A DNA stretch of 62,028 nucleotides, taken from assembly GCA_043801155.1 (NCBI GenBank), contig JAZDMI010000020.1, positions 1 through 62,028 of the forward strand, written 5' to 3'. Below are positions 10,437 through 22,464 of the stretch, piece by piece. Under the pieces are notes generated by a model. It did not search any database. It was not told where the DNA came from and was given only the letters and a program-made list of their open reading frames with translations. The DNA is from Candidatus Gottesmanbacteria bacterium. Its GTDB lineage: Bacteria; Patescibacteriota; Microgenomatia; JAMCYU01. The position numbers and the translations under genes were made by a program. Each line of letters starts with the position of its first letter. The first letter of the stretch is position 1.

Positions 10437-10560
10437 TTTTCACCTCCCTCCTTCGCTCGCCGTAACTTTAGTGAAGGCGAGTCGCGGATACTGTGTTTAT
10501 ATAAAATTATTATCTATATATTCTACTTTGGGCGAGCTTCGTAGGGCAAGCCCTTCGCTA

Positions 10561-11763
10561 TTAAAATGCACTTGTTAATTGATAGATTGGCATAATAATG
10601 GCAAAAATCAAAAATCCTACACCAACCCCTAATACAACCATTATTATTGGTTCAATGGCAGTTGTCAAGCCCTTGACGGTTTGGTCAGTTTGAAACTCGA
10701 AATAACTCGATAGTTTAAGAAGTGCTTCGTCTAATTTACCGGTCTCTTCGCCGACTTTTGTCATCTGGCTGACAATCGGCGGAAAATCAGGATTTTGACC
10801 TAATGGTATTCCTAATGGAAAACCTTTTTCTACTTCAGAAGCGGCATCTTTTAGAGCTTTCCTATAAGTAACGCTTTCCATCGAATTGGAAACAATATTT
10901 AAGGCTTCAAGAATCGGCAGTCCTGCCCCAACTAAAAGACCTAATGTTCGAGTAAATTCAACCATCATTGTTTCTCTTTTTAAGGGCCCGATTAATGGAA
11001 GGTTCAGAGTAAAAGAGTCCAGTAATTTTTCACCTACTTTAGTTTTGCTTCCATAAATAAAACCAATAACTGCACCGATTGTCCCGATAATTATCAACCA
11101 CCAAAAATTCACAAAAAAATCAGATACTGCCATTAACAAGAGTGTTGTCCATGGAAGATCAACATTAAAATCTTTATAAAGACCAGTCATTTTGGGTATA
11201 ACCATGGTCATCATAATAAAGAAAACTCCAATCATACCAATGATAATAATTACCGGATAAACCATGGCTCCCTTTATCTTGCCACGGAATTCTCTCTCTT
11301 TTTCTAAATTATCGGCTAACCGATTTAAAACCCGGTCGATCATACCGGCTGCCTCTCCCGCCTTTATCGATGATATATAAATCCTGGAGAAATATTGCGG
11401 ATATTTTTCTAAAGCCGAGGCAAAATTATTACCGGCTTCTATCTCATTTAAAATGTCATCAACCATATTAAGCATTGCCTTGTGTTTGGATTGCTGACCG
11501 AGAATTGACAGGGCTTCAGTTAAAGTTAAACCGGCAGCTACCATAGTAGCTAATTGCCTAGTAAAATTAACTATTTCGGAAAAACCAACTCGATCAAAAG
11601 TATATTTAAAAACATTTAACGGCGAATCAATAATTGGCTTTATATCAATTATTAAAAAATTTTGATCTCGAAGAACTTTAGCCGCATCTTTTATAGAACG
11701 TGCTTCGACTGTACCAATAAGCGATCTGCTTTTTTGATCTTTGACACGATATTTAAAAAACAT
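10561..11763 (-). CDS. pilC: type IV pilus platform protein PilC / GspF family
   Basis: 400 aa with two GspF-type repeats and three TM segments. It sits next to pilT and pilB. Confidence 0.9.
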   Translation of the reverse strand: MFFKYRVKDQKSRSLIGTVEARSIKDAAKVLRDQNFLIIDIKPIIDSPLNVFKYTFDRVGFSEIVNFTRQLATMVAAGLTLTEALSILGQQSKHKAMLNMVDDILNEIEAGNNFASALEKYPQYFSRIYISSIKAGEAAGMIDRVLNRLADNLEKEREFRGKIKGAMVYPVIIIIGMIGVFFIMMTMVIPKMTGLYKDFNVDLPWTTLLLMAVSDFFVNFWWLIIIGTIGAVIGFIYGSKTKVGEKLLDSFTLNLPLIGPLKRETMMVEFTRTLGLLVGAGLPILEALNIVSNSMESVTYRKALKDAASEVEKGFPLGIPLGQNPDFPPIVSQMTKVGEETGKLDEALLKLSSYFEFQTDQTVKGLTTAIEPIIMVVLGVGVGFLIFAIIMPIYQLTSAF

Positions 11764-11766
11764 ATT

Positions 11767-12828
11767 CTAACCCCTTCGACCTAGTAAAAGCCGATCTAGT
11801 TCATCAGGTCTTATGGCAAAATTTTGCGCGACAGTCTTTTCTATTTTGCCACTCTTTACTAACCGAGCAAGGGTATTTTCTAGTAAAAGCATCCCCAGCT
11901 CGCCTGATGTTTGAATAATATTGTCAATCAGATGTGACTTTCCATCACGAATAGTACTCTTGACAGCTGGCGTGGCAATGAGGATCTCACAAGCGGGAAT
12001 ACGTCCTCCATTAATAGCCGGTAGTAATCGCTGCGAGAAAATCCCTTCAAGTGTCCCTGCCAGTTGCATCCGGACTTGGGCTTTTGAATGTTCGGGGAAA
12101 ACGTCAACAATACGATCAACCGTTTGGGCAGCAGAATTGGTGTGTAAGGTTGCAAAAACAAGGTGTCCGGTTTCAGCAATCGTTAAGGCCGCCGCAATTG
12201 TCTCGTAATCACGCATTTCGCCAATTAAGACAACATCCGGGTCTTCACGTAAACAAGATCGTAAAGCCACATCCCAGGAATGAGTATCAAGGTGCATTTC
12301 TCGTTGTGAGATGATTGATTTCCCTCTCGGGTATACATATTCGATTGGATCTTCGATAGTAACAATATGGGTTGCTCTTGTCTGATTAATTTCATTTATT
12401 ATGGCTGACAGCGTCGTCGATTTCCCGTGACCGGTTGGTCCGGTTACTAATATAAAACCCTGGCGGAGTGAAGCAAAAGTATGACAAATAGCCGGTAAAT
12501 TAAGTTCATCAATTGCACGAATTTTAAGAGGTATTAACCTAAAAGCCGCCGTCATTCCCGCCTGTTGAAAATAAACATTGACCCGAAAACGCGCCTCTTT
12601 TGTTGCATAGGAAAAGTCTAATTCTTTATTGGCTAGATATAATTCTTTTTGTTCCGATGTTAAAATTGAAAAAATTAGGTGTTCCGCCTCTTCTGGCGTA
12701 ATGATATCTTTATCAATTAGTGCTACTAATTCACCATCAACTCTAAGTGTTGGTTTATTCCCGACAATAAGATGTAGATCCGAGGCATCTCTTCTATTAG
12801 TAATATCTAAAAGTTCAAGAATATCCAC
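11767..12828 (-). CDS. pilT: twitching-motility retraction ATPase PilT
   Basis: Walker A GPTGHGKST, Asp box, a His box-like region, and a PilT-type length of 353 aa. Confidence 0.9.
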   Translation of the reverse strand: MDILELLDITNRRDASDLHLIVGNKPTLRVDGELVALIDKDIITPEEAEHLIFSILTSEQKELYLANKELDFSYATKEARFRVNVYFQQAGMTAAFRLIPLKIRAIDELNLPAICHTFASLRQGFILVTGPTGHGKSTTLSAIINEINQTRATHIVTIEDPIEYVYPRGKSIISQREMHLDTHSWDVALRSCLREDPDVVLIGEMRDYETIAAALTIAETGHLVFATLHTNSAAQTVDRIVDVFPEHSKAQVRMQLAGTLEGIFSQRLLPAINGGRIPACEILIATPAVKSTIRDGKSHLIDNIIQTSGELGMLLLENTLARLVKSGKIEKTVAQNFAIRPDELDRLLLGRRG

Positions 12829-12853
12829 AGTAACCTCCTTTAAAATTTAAAAA

Positions 12854-14557
12854 TTAATCTTGGGCTACCCTAAGCACTTCACTAATCGTCGTTATTCCTT
12901 CAATCGTCTTAAGGTAACCATCTTGCTTCATAGTTATCATACCTTCAGCTACGGCTTGTTCTTCAACATTAGCAGCTGAAGCATGTTCTAATACTAGTCT
13001 AGCAATTTTTTCTGATACTGGCAAAACTTCAAATACACCAACACGTCCTAAATATCCAGTTTGATTACATTCCTGGCATCCTTTGCCTCGATAGAATTTC
13101 CCATTAAAGGAATTAGGAAATAATTTACCAAGAATGTTTTTAAAATCATCAATCATCTCTTTTGTCGGATCATAAGTTTCTTTACAGCTGGGACAAATTT
13201 TACGGCAGATTCGCTGACCAACAACAGCATTTAAACATGACGCAATCAGATATGGTTCGGCATTCATGTCAAGTAGCCGGGGTAGGGCAGTTGAAGAATT
13301 ATTAGTATGTAAAGTCGAAAAGACCAAATGTCCTGTTAGTGCTGCCTGAATTGCTAAGCCGGCTGTTTCACCATCACGAACCTCACCGACTAAAATAATA
13401 TTAGGATCTTGTCTTAAAAATGCCCGTAGTCCGGTGGCAAAGGTTAACCCGGCTGCGGGATTAATTTGGACCTGATTTACTCCGGCAATTTGATACTCGA
13501 CCGGATCTTCAAGAGTAACAATATTTACCTGAGTGGTATTTAATTTTGATAAAACAGCATATAGGGTTGTCGTTTTACCAGATCCAGTAGGTCCGGTTAC
13601 CAAAATAATGCCGTGAGGTCGAGAGATAGCCGTCTCTAAGTTTTTTAAGGCAATACCTCGCAACCCCAATTCAGGTAAAGATGGAATTCCGCCAGTTTTT
13701 TTAAGTAACCTCATGACTACCTTTTCGCCATTGGATGTGGGTAAAGTTGAAATACGAAGGTCAACTTCATCCTGTCCCATTTTGAAATTGAATCGTCCAT
13801 CCTGGGGAATCCGACGTTCATCAATCTTCATATTGGAAAGAATCTTTATCCGTGAAACAACTGCATCATGAACACTTTTAGGCAGAGCTAATTTTTCATG
13901 AAGAATACCGTCGATCCGGTAGCGGACACGGGTTTTCCCTTCTCCGGGCTCAATATGAATATCGGATGCTCGGCTTTTAACAGCAAATTCTAAAAGGGTT
14001 GAGACAATTTTAGCAATTGGAGCTTCTCTAATGATTTCACCTAACTTCCCGGCTTCAACAGTTCTGATTGTGGGGACGATTCTTTCTTTTAAGGCTGCAC
14101 TAACCTCGGTAGCTAAACTTTGACTATATTGTTCTTCAATTATTGTCTGAATTTCTTCAGGCATGGCTAAAAAGGGTTTGATTTTTTTAGCCGATTTTTT
14201 TTCAACAAATTCAATTACTTGTAGATCTAGAGGATCAGCCATCGCCACGCTTAGAACATTTTTTTGGCTATCTAAATCAAAAGGAACTAATACATAGCGA
14301 CGTGCTACCGCTTCAGGAATATAAGTTAATATATCAGGCGAAATACCTTTTCCCAGTAAAGAAACATAGGGGAATCCAAAAAGATGGGCTTTGGCTTGAG
14401 CTAATTGCTCGGGTGTCGCCAGTTTCTTACGAACAATGATTTCTTCAACCGATGCCCCGGTATTAATACTCTCAACGTTAGCCTGTGAAGCAATGTCATT
14501 ATCAATGACTCTATCTTGAACCAGAATATCAGCTAATGATTGAGCAGTTTTAACCAT
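12854..14557 (-). CDS. pilB: type IV pilus assembly ATPase PilB / GspE family
   Basis: N-terminal GSPII domain, Walker A GPTGSGKTT, and a tetracysteine CPSC...CQEC motif. Confidence 0.9.
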   Translation of the reverse strand: MVKTAQSLADILVQDRVIDNDIASQANVESINTGASVEEIIVRKKLATPEQLAQAKAHLFGFPYVSLLGKGISPDILTYIPEAVARRYVLVPFDLDSQKNVLSVAMADPLDLQVIEFVEKKSAKKIKPFLAMPEEIQTIIEEQYSQSLATEVSAALKERIVPTIRTVEAGKLGEIIREAPIAKIVSTLLEFAVKSRASDIHIEPGEGKTRVRYRIDGILHEKLALPKSVHDAVVSRIKILSNMKIDERRIPQDGRFNFKMGQDEVDLRISTLPTSNGEKVVMRLLKKTGGIPSLPELGLRGIALKNLETAISRPHGIILVTGPTGSGKTTTLYAVLSKLNTTQVNIVTLEDPVEYQIAGVNQVQINPAAGLTFATGLRAFLRQDPNIILVGEVRDGETAGLAIQAALTGHLVFSTLHTNNSSTALPRLLDMNAEPYLIASCLNAVVGQRICRKICPSCKETYDPTKEMIDDFKNILGKLFPNSFNGKFYRGKGCQECNQTGYLGRVGVFEVLPVSEKIARLVLEHASAANVEEQAVAEGMITMKQDGYLKTIEGITTISEVLRVAQD

Positions 14558-14596
14558 AATATGATCTATTATTAAGTATCTAGTATCTTTGATATA

Positions 14597-15298
14597 ATGT
14601 CAATATCATTTCACCCTATGAGTATTTTAATAATTGGCGGTAATTTAGACAAACGGAAACAAACGGTACAAGAGCTTATTAAAACAAAATATCAGGTCTC
14701 AAATTTCGATACGGTTCTTATCGAAGGAGAAACATCAATCGGTATCGAACAAATCCGGACACTAGAACACCAAGCGGCTCTTAAACCATATAATTCACCA
14801 TTTAAGGCGATCATTATTCATCCAGGAGAATTATTAACTATCGAAGCTCAAAATGCGCTGTTAAAAACATTAGAAGAAGCAAATGACTATACTATTATTA
14901 TATTAACAGCTTCGCATTCTGATATATTATTACCAACGATTGTCTCTCGTTGCCAAATTATTAAGCTGCCAACGATACCGGAAATTACCCTCGACGAAAA
15001 ATCCATTTCTGCTCACTGCTCACTACTCAAGGCTATCTTAAAAGCTGGGGTAGGGGAAAGGTTAAAAATTGCTAGCCAGATTGGAAAATCAAAAGAAGAT
15101 ATTGAATCCTGGTTGAACGAACAGTTATTTTTTTGGCACCATGTCCTAATCAAAAAAGTCAACATTAGTCTTAAACCATCTCAAATAATTAAAGTTATTC
15201 GGGATTTAGAAAAAACACGGATGGTAATTGAAAGCAATGTTAATCCGAGGCTGGCTTTGGAAATCTTTCTCCTTGATTTACCCAGGGTGTCAAGCTAA
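14597..15298 (+). CDS. holB: DNA polymerase III delta-prime-like clamp-loader subunit
   Basis: AQNALLKTLEE...LLPTIVSRCQ motif block. Confidence 0.7.
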   Translation: MSISFHPMSILIIGGNLDKRKQTVQELIKTKYQVSNFDTVLIEGETSIGIEQIRTLEHQAALKPYNSPFKAIIIHPGELLTIEAQNALLKTLEEANDYTIIILTASHSDILLPTIVSRCQIIKLPTIPEITLDEKSISAHCSLLKAILKAGVGERLKIASQIGKSKEDIESWLNEQLFFWHHVLIKKVNISLKPSQIIKVIRDLEKTRMVIESNVNPRLALEIFLLDLPRVSS

Positions 15299-15331
15299 TC
15301 AATTCTGCAGGTTAAATAGCCAAATTTGTGC

Positions 15332-15360
15332 TTGATTTAGATACTATTTCATGATAAAAT
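15332..15360 (+). promoter_or_regulatory. sigma70-like promoter upstream of gyrB
   Basis: TTGATT (15332-15337), a 17-bp spacer, then an extended -10 TGaTAAAAT (15352-15360). Confidence 0.4.
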
Positions 15361-15375
15361 CATAGTATAAATATA

Positions 15376-15410
15376 CCTTTTCTAGCCTTAGAAAAGGGTG
15401 TTTTTCTTTT
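15376..15410 (+). terminator. intrinsic-terminator-like hairpin in the holB-gyrB gap (possible gyrB leader attenuator)
   Basis: CCTTTTCTA-GCC-TAGAAAAGG is a perfect 9-bp stem followed by GTGTTTTTCTTTT. It ends one nt before the gyrB SD AAGGAG. Confidence 0.5.
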
Positions 15411-15412
15411 AA

Positions 15413-17353
<1,941 letters not shown>

Positions 17354-17391
17354 GTAACTTAAGATACCTAGGTTACTTAGAAAGGAATATT

Positions 17392-19419
17392 ATGGATATT
17401 CAAATAATCGCCTTAACATTTGCGCCTTTAACGGCTATATGTGCCCTATTATATGGGGGATATTTAATTAAAAAAGTTGTTGCGGCAGATCCCGGGTCAG
17501 AAAAAATGCAGGAGATTGGCAAAGCCATTGCTGATGGTGCTATGGCCTATTTAGCCAGACAATTTAAGGTGGTAGGAGTTTTTCTTGGTTTATTAACGAT
17601 ATTCTTAGGGATTGTTTTAGGTTGGGGTACGGCGGCTACATTTGTTTTAGGGGCAGTATTTAGCGCGATTACCGGTTATGTCGCTATGTGGATTGCGGTC
17701 AAGGCTAATATTAGAACTGCCCAGGGAGCTACCCTAGGCTTAAATCCGGCCTTAAAAGTTGCTTTTGGGGCGGGTACTGTTAATGGCATGTTAATTGTTG
17801 GCTTAGGGCTTCTAGGTGTCTCGATTATTTATGCTGCTTGTTACTTTTTAAAAATTACTGAAGGACCTGCTGCCGTAGCTAAACTAGCCACCACAGTTCT
17901 AGTTGGCTATGGCTTTGGCGCCGCTCTTTTAGCCTTGTTTATGAGGGTTGGCGGTGGAATTTTTACCAAAGCCGCTGATGTCGGTGCTGATTTGGTCGGT
18001 AAAGTTGAAAAGGGAATTCCCGAGGATGATCCGAGAAATCCGGCGGTTATCGCTGACCTAGTTGGTGATAATGTCGGTGACTGCGCGGGGATGGGTGCGG
18101 ATGTTTTTGAAAGTTATGCATTAACAATTGTCGCGGCAATGATTTTGGGCGGAACCATGTTTGGATTAAGTGGAGTAGTGTTCCCGCTCTTGGCTAGATC
18201 AGGAGCTATCTGGGCATCAATTTTAGGCACTCTAATTGTCAAGGCTAAAAATGATCAGGAAAATCCCTTAAATCCTTTAATCAGAGGCTTTATCTTATCA
18301 GCGGTAGCGTCCATTATCATTTTTATGGCTTTGGCAATTTTTCTTTTAGGTGAACCAAAGGCCGGCTATGCGGCCGTCTCGGGAATCTTGGCCATGCTGG
18401 CTCTTCTTTATATCACAAAATATTATACTGGGCCAGGTGAAAAACCGGTCGTTGAAATTGCCAAATCGTCAACTACTGGCGCTGGTACTAACTTAATATC
18501 CGGTTTGTCTATTGGAATGGAATCAACTATTCCTTCTGTTCTTGTCGTTGCTGCTGCCATTTTAACTGGGTATCACTTTATGGGCTTTTACGGTATAAGT
18601 TTAGCCGGTATGGGTATGCTGGCAACGACCGGAATTATTATGTCTTTGGATACCTTTGGCCCAATATCGGATAATGCTCAAGGGATTACCGAAATGGCCG
18701 GCTTAACTGAAGGGAAAGCAGCTAAAGTTACCGGAGCATTAGATGCTGTTGGTAATACCACCAAAGCCTTAACTAAAGGTTTCGCCATTGGTTCGGCCGC
18801 CGTGGCCGCCTGTTCTTTATATGCTACATATTTTGAAGCTACAGGACTATCAGTAATTAATATTGCTGATCCAAAAACCTTTGTTGGACTATTACTTGGA
18901 GCAGCTGTTCCATTCTTGTTTTCATCAAGATTAATTTCTGCTGTCGGCCGGGCGGCTTTTGAAATGGTCGAAGAGGTCCGTCGCCAATGGAAATCGATTA
19001 AAGGGATTATGGAAGGAACAGCTAAACCGGATTACGCCAGATGTGTAGAAATATCTACTGTCGCGGCGCAAAGAGAATTGGTTATTCCTGCAGCTTTAGT
19101 AATCGGTAGTCCAATTTTAGCCGGACTTCTAGGCGCCCAAGCACTTGGAGGCTTTTTATCAGGAACTATTGCTTCAGGGCTTCTTTTGGCCTTCTTTATG
19201 GCCAATACCGGCGGAGCCTGGGATAATGCCAAAAAATATATTGAAGACGGTCATTTCGGCGGTAAAGGCTCAGAAACGCATAAAGCCGCGGTTGTCGGAG
19301 ATACAGTGGGAGATCCTTTAAAAGATACTGCTGGCCCAGCGATTAACCCGATGATAAAAATCATTAATATTGTTGCTTTATTAATAGCACCGTTCGTTAT
19401 GTCAATGATTGGTAAGTAA
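17392..19419 (+). CDS. hppA: membrane-bound ion-translocating pyrophosphatase
   Basis: DVGADLVGKVE, DNVGDxAG and GGAWDNAKK signatures in a 675-aa polytopic protein. Confidence 0.93.
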   Translation: MDIQIIALTFAPLTAICALLYGGYLIKKVVAADPGSEKMQEIGKAIADGAMAYLARQFKVVGVFLGLLTIFLGIVLGWGTAATFVLGAVFSAITGYVAMWIAVKANIRTAQGATLGLNPALKVAFGAGTVNGMLIVGLGLLGVSIIYAACYFLKITEGPAAVAKLATTVLVGYGFGAALLALFMRVGGGIFTKAADVGADLVGKVEKGIPEDDPRNPAVIADLVGDNVGDCAGMGADVFESYALTIVAAMILGGTMFGLSGVVFPLLARSGAIWASILGTLIVKAKNDQENPLNPLIRGFILSAVASIIIFMALAIFLLGEPKAGYAAVSGILAMLALLYITKYYTGPGEKPVVEIAKSSTTGAGTNLISGLSIGMESTIPSVLVVAAAILTGYHFMGFYGISLAGMGMLATTGIIMSLDTFGPISDNAQGITEMAGLTEGKAAKVTGALDAVGNTTKALTKGFAIGSAAVAACSLYATYFEATGLSVINIADPKTFVGLLLGAAVPFLFSSRLISAVGRAAFEMVEEVRRQWKSIKGIMEGTAKPDYARCVEISTVAAQRELVIPAALVIGSPILAGLLGAQALGGFLSGTIASGLLLAFFMANTGGAWDNAKKYIEDGHFGGKGSETHKAAVVGDTVGDPLKDTAGPAINPMIKIINIVALLIAPFVMSMIGK

Positions 19420-19434
19420 CCTAAGTTATCTAAT

Positions 19435-22005
19435 ATGGATATCGGTAAAATACAACCAACGGAAATAACCACTGAGATGCAGTCGTCATACCTTGACTAT
19501 GCCATGTCGGTTATTGTGTCACGGGCTTTACCTGACGTTAAAGACGGTCTAAAACCAGTCCACCGCCGAATTCTTTATGCCATGCATCAACTGGGTTTAA
19601 CCCATCAAGCTCATTTTTCTAAATCAGCCAAAGTGGTTGGTGAGGTCTTAGGAAAATATCATCCTCATGGAGATATGTCTGTTTATGATGCCTTGGTCAG
19701 ATTAGCCCAAGATTTTAGTATGCGTTATCCCTTAGTTGAAGGCCAAGGTAATTTTGGTTCAGTTGATGGTGATCCACCGGCGGCGATGAGGTATACCGAG
19801 GTTAGATTGGCAAAAATCAGCCAGGAGATGCTGATTGATATTGATAAAAAAACTGTTGATTTTATCCCAAATTTTGACGCGACATTAGATGAACCGGTCT
19901 TTTTACCGGCTAAATTGCCCAATTTACTGCTGATGGGTTGTGAGGGCATTGCGGTTGGTATGGCGACCAAGATTCCAACTCACAATTTAGGCGAAGTTAT
20001 TGATGCTTTAGTTTTCATGATCGATAAAGCCAAGATAGACAGTGGTACACAGATAGCTGAAAGCCAAAATAAAAACAGAACAAAAGATAACCCTGTCACC
20101 GCTAACAGCTCACTACCGACAGCTGTCTCATTTGATATTACCATCGAAGATTTAGTGGAGTTTATTAAGGGTCCAGATTTCCCAACCGCCGGTACTATTT
20201 ATAATATTACGGAAATTATTGCCGCTTATGCTACTGGAAGAGGCCGAATAGTTATCCGTGGAAAAGCAGAAATTGAGGATGTCGGTCAAGGTAAATCAGC
20301 AATTATTATAAATGAATTGCCATATCAAGTTAATAAGGCATTATTAGTGGCCCATATTGCCGATTTAGTTAAAGACAAGAAACTAGAAGGAATTTCCGAC
20401 CTTCGAGATGAATCTGATCAGCGAGGTATTCGAGTTTATATCGAGCTTAAACGAGACGCCCGACCTCAATCAGTGTTAAATAACTTATATAAGCATACTG
20501 AATTGCAAACGGTTTTTCCGGTTAATATGGTAGCTCTGGTTGATGGAACGCCGCAAACATTGACTTTAAAGATGATCCTCGAAGAATATTTAAAACATCG
20601 CCAGAATGTGGTCAGAAAAAGATCAGAGTTTGAGTTAGCCCAAGCCAAAGCCCGCGCCCATATTCTTGAAGGTTTAAAAATCGCTGTCGACCATATTGAT
20701 GAAGTTATCCAAACGATTAAAAGAGCCAAAGATGCGGATGAGGCTAAGATTAATTTGATGACAAAGTTTAAATTGACTGAAATTCAGGCAACAGCAATTT
20801 TAGATATGCAGCTTCGCCGTCTGGCAGCCCTTGAACGACAAAAGATTGAAGATGAATATCAAATGGTCAAAGAAACAATTATCTATCTTGAGGATTTGCT
20901 AGCTCATCCGGAAAAAATTCTCAAAGTTATCAAAGATGAGTTGAATTATATTAAAGAAAAATATGCTGATCCAAGAAAAACTCGCGTGGTTAAAAGCAAG
21001 GTCGGCGAATTTAGTGACGAACAGTTAATCCAAAAAGAGACAACTATTATTACGATTACGACCAGTGGCTATATTAAGAGACTCTCACCTCTCTCATTTA
21101 AAACACAAGGCAGGGGTGGTAAGGGTGTTATAGGCATGACAACAAAAGAAGAAGATAATATTGATCACTTTTTGTTTACAAATACTCATGAAAATATCCT
21201 ATTTTTCACCAATAAAGGTAAAGTTTATCAGTTAAAGGTGTGGGATATCCCTGAAGGAACAAGAATCAGTAAAGGTCAGGCAATTGTGAATTTAATCAAT
21301 GTCGAACAAGGAGAAAAAGTTTCCTCTGTTTTAACTTACAACGAAAAATCTAATGTAAATAAATTTATCTTCTTAACCACAAAAGGCGGAACCGTCAAAA
21401 AGACAGATATTAATGACTTCACTAATATCAGACGTAATGGACTCACGGCCATTAAATTAATTTCCGGCGATGAACTCTGTTGGGCTAAATTAACTGATGG
21501 TAACTCCGACGTTATTTTAATTACCAATGACGGAAAAGGCATCAAGTTTAATGAAAAGCAAGTCCGACCAATGGGCCGGGACACCATGGGAGTGAGAGGA
21601 ATCCTGATTAAGAAACCTGCCCGCCAGCCTAGTGCAGGCTTGGCAGGCGGGAATGATCGAGTTATTGGTATGGATGTTATAGGTGATCCAAAGGCAAATC
21701 TTTTAGTAATTATGGATAAAGGAATTGGGAAACGAAGTCCTTTATCTGATTTCCCTAAACAGGGCAGGGGAGGAATGGGAGTAAAAGCATGTGAGGTAAC
21801 TGCGCGTACCGGAAAGGTTGTCTCGGCACAAATTATTCCAGAAGAAACAGATACCTGTATTTTGACTTCGTGTAAAGGTCAAGTAGTCAAGGTGAATATT
21901 AATCAAATTCCCAAACTATCGCGAGCAACACAAGGGGTTATTCTGATGAGATTTGCCGACCCCAAAGACTCATTAGCGGCGGCTACTTGCATGACAAAAG
22001 AATAA
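19435..22005 (+). CDS. gyrA: DNA gyrase subunit A
   Basis: [12 protein letters not shown], a QRDR-like HPHGD, the active-site region AAMRYTE, and C-terminal beta-pinwheel repeats. Confidence 0.97.
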   Translation: MDIGKIQPTEITTEMQSSYLDYAMSVIVSRALPDVKDGLKPVHRRILYAMHQLGLTHQAHFSKSAKVVGEVLGKYHPHGDMSVYDALVRLAQDFSMRYPLVEGQGNFGSVDGDPPAAMRYTEVRLAKISQEMLIDIDKKTVDFIPNFDATLDEPVFLPAKLPNLLLMGCEGIAVGMATKIPTHNLGEVIDALVFMIDKAKIDSGTQIAESQNKNRTKDNPVTANSSLPTAVSFDITIEDLVEFIKGPDFPTAGTIYNITEIIAAYATGRGRIVIRGKAEIEDVGQGKSAIIINELPYQVNKALLVAHIADLVKDKKLEGISDLRDESDQRGIRVYIELKRDARPQSVLNNLYKHTELQTVFPVNMVALVDGTPQTLTLKMILEEYLKHRQNVVRKRSEFELAQAKARAHILEGLKIAVDHIDEVIQTIKRAKDADEAKINLMTKFKLTEIQATAILDMQLRRLAALERQKIEDEYQMVKETIIYLEDLLAHPEKILKVIKDELNYIKEKYADPRKTRVVKSKVGEFSDEQLIQKETTIITITTSGYIKRLSPLSFKTQGRGGKGVIGMTTKEEDNIDHFLFTNTHENILFFTNKGKVYQLKVWDIPEGTRISKGQAIVNLINVEQGEKVSSVLTYNEKSNVNKFIFLTTKGGTVKKTDINDFTNIRRNGLTAIKLISGDELCWAKLTDGNSDVILITNDGKGIKFNEKQVRPMGRDTMGVRGILIKKPARQPSAGLAGGNDRVIGMDVIGDPKANLLVIMDKGIGKRSPLSDFPKQGRGGMGVKACEVTARTGKVVSAQIIPEETDTCILTSCKGQVVKVNINQIPKLSRATQGVILMRFADPKDSLAAATCMTKE
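21616..21651 (+). repeat. GC-rich palindromic element inserted in frame in gyrA
   Basis: CCTGCCCGCCAGCCTAGTGCAGGCTTGGCAGGCGGG pairs CCCGCC/GGCGGG and AGCCT/AGGCT. It encodes [12 protein letters not shown]. The same termini occur at 49254-49294 and 53612-53653. Confidence 0.8.
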
Positions 22006-22041
22006 ACTTTCTTCATTATTCATCATCTATTGACATACTTG

Positions 22042-22067
22042 TATATGATATATTAATATATCATATA
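22042..22067. promoter_or_regulatory. perfect 26-bp palindrome (operator candidate) over the promoter and start codon of the TrpR-like gene
   Basis: TATATGATATATTAATATATCATATA equals its own reverse complement. It overlaps a putative -10 TAATAT (22054-22059), and its last base (22067) is the A of the ATG at 22067-22069. TTGACA lies at 22030-22035. Confidence 0.55.
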
Positions 22068-22456
22068 TGACCCACGTATCGAAGAAAAAATTGTCCGAAC
22101 AGACTTTCGAAGAAATAAAGAATACCTTTCTTCTTGTCCTTACCGAAATTAATAATAAACAGGCAATGAGTGAATTTTTAGATGTCTTTTTATCTACGAC
22201 CGAAAAAGAGATGCTGGCCAAAAGATTAGCGATAATTTATCTATTAGACAATGGTATTCCTGAAACAAATATTGCTCAATTACTTCATGTAACCCAATCT
22301 ACAGTCTCGTTAATGAAATTAAAATATGAAAACAATCAGCCGGGTTTTCAATGGGCAATTAGCCAAATAAAAAAACAAAAGTTATTACAGAATATCGAGA
22401 TATTAGCATTGCGCTTCGCCAAATACGCCGTCCGTGCTTCCGGTGGAAGAATATGA
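22067..22456 (+). CDS. TrpR-related YerC/YecD-family DNA-binding protein
   Basis: LSTTEKEMLAKRLAIIYLL..GIPETNIAQLLHVTQSTVS looks like a helix-turn-helix of the Trp repressor family. Confidence 0.6.
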   Translation: MTHVSKKKLSEQTFEEIKNTFLLVLTEINNKQAMSEFLDVFLSTTEKEMLAKRLAIIYLLDNGIPETNIAQLLHVTQSTVSLMKLKYENNQPGFQWAISQIKKQKLLQNIEILALRFAKYAVRASGGRI

Positions 22457-22464
22457 TATAGTTA

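Noticed and set aside
11921-12314. Three ORF-track entries (11921-12208 +, 11928-12179 -, 12051-12314 +) inside pilT. Similar antisense or out-of-frame ORFs occur inside pilins (525-737, 2088-2291, 2331-2528), pepA (35909-36325), gyrA, dnaB, ychF and others.
   Set aside because: They lie wholly within strongly supported conserved genes. They have low-complexity or Arg/Ser-rich translations, no SD and no recognisable motif. They are shadow ORFs.
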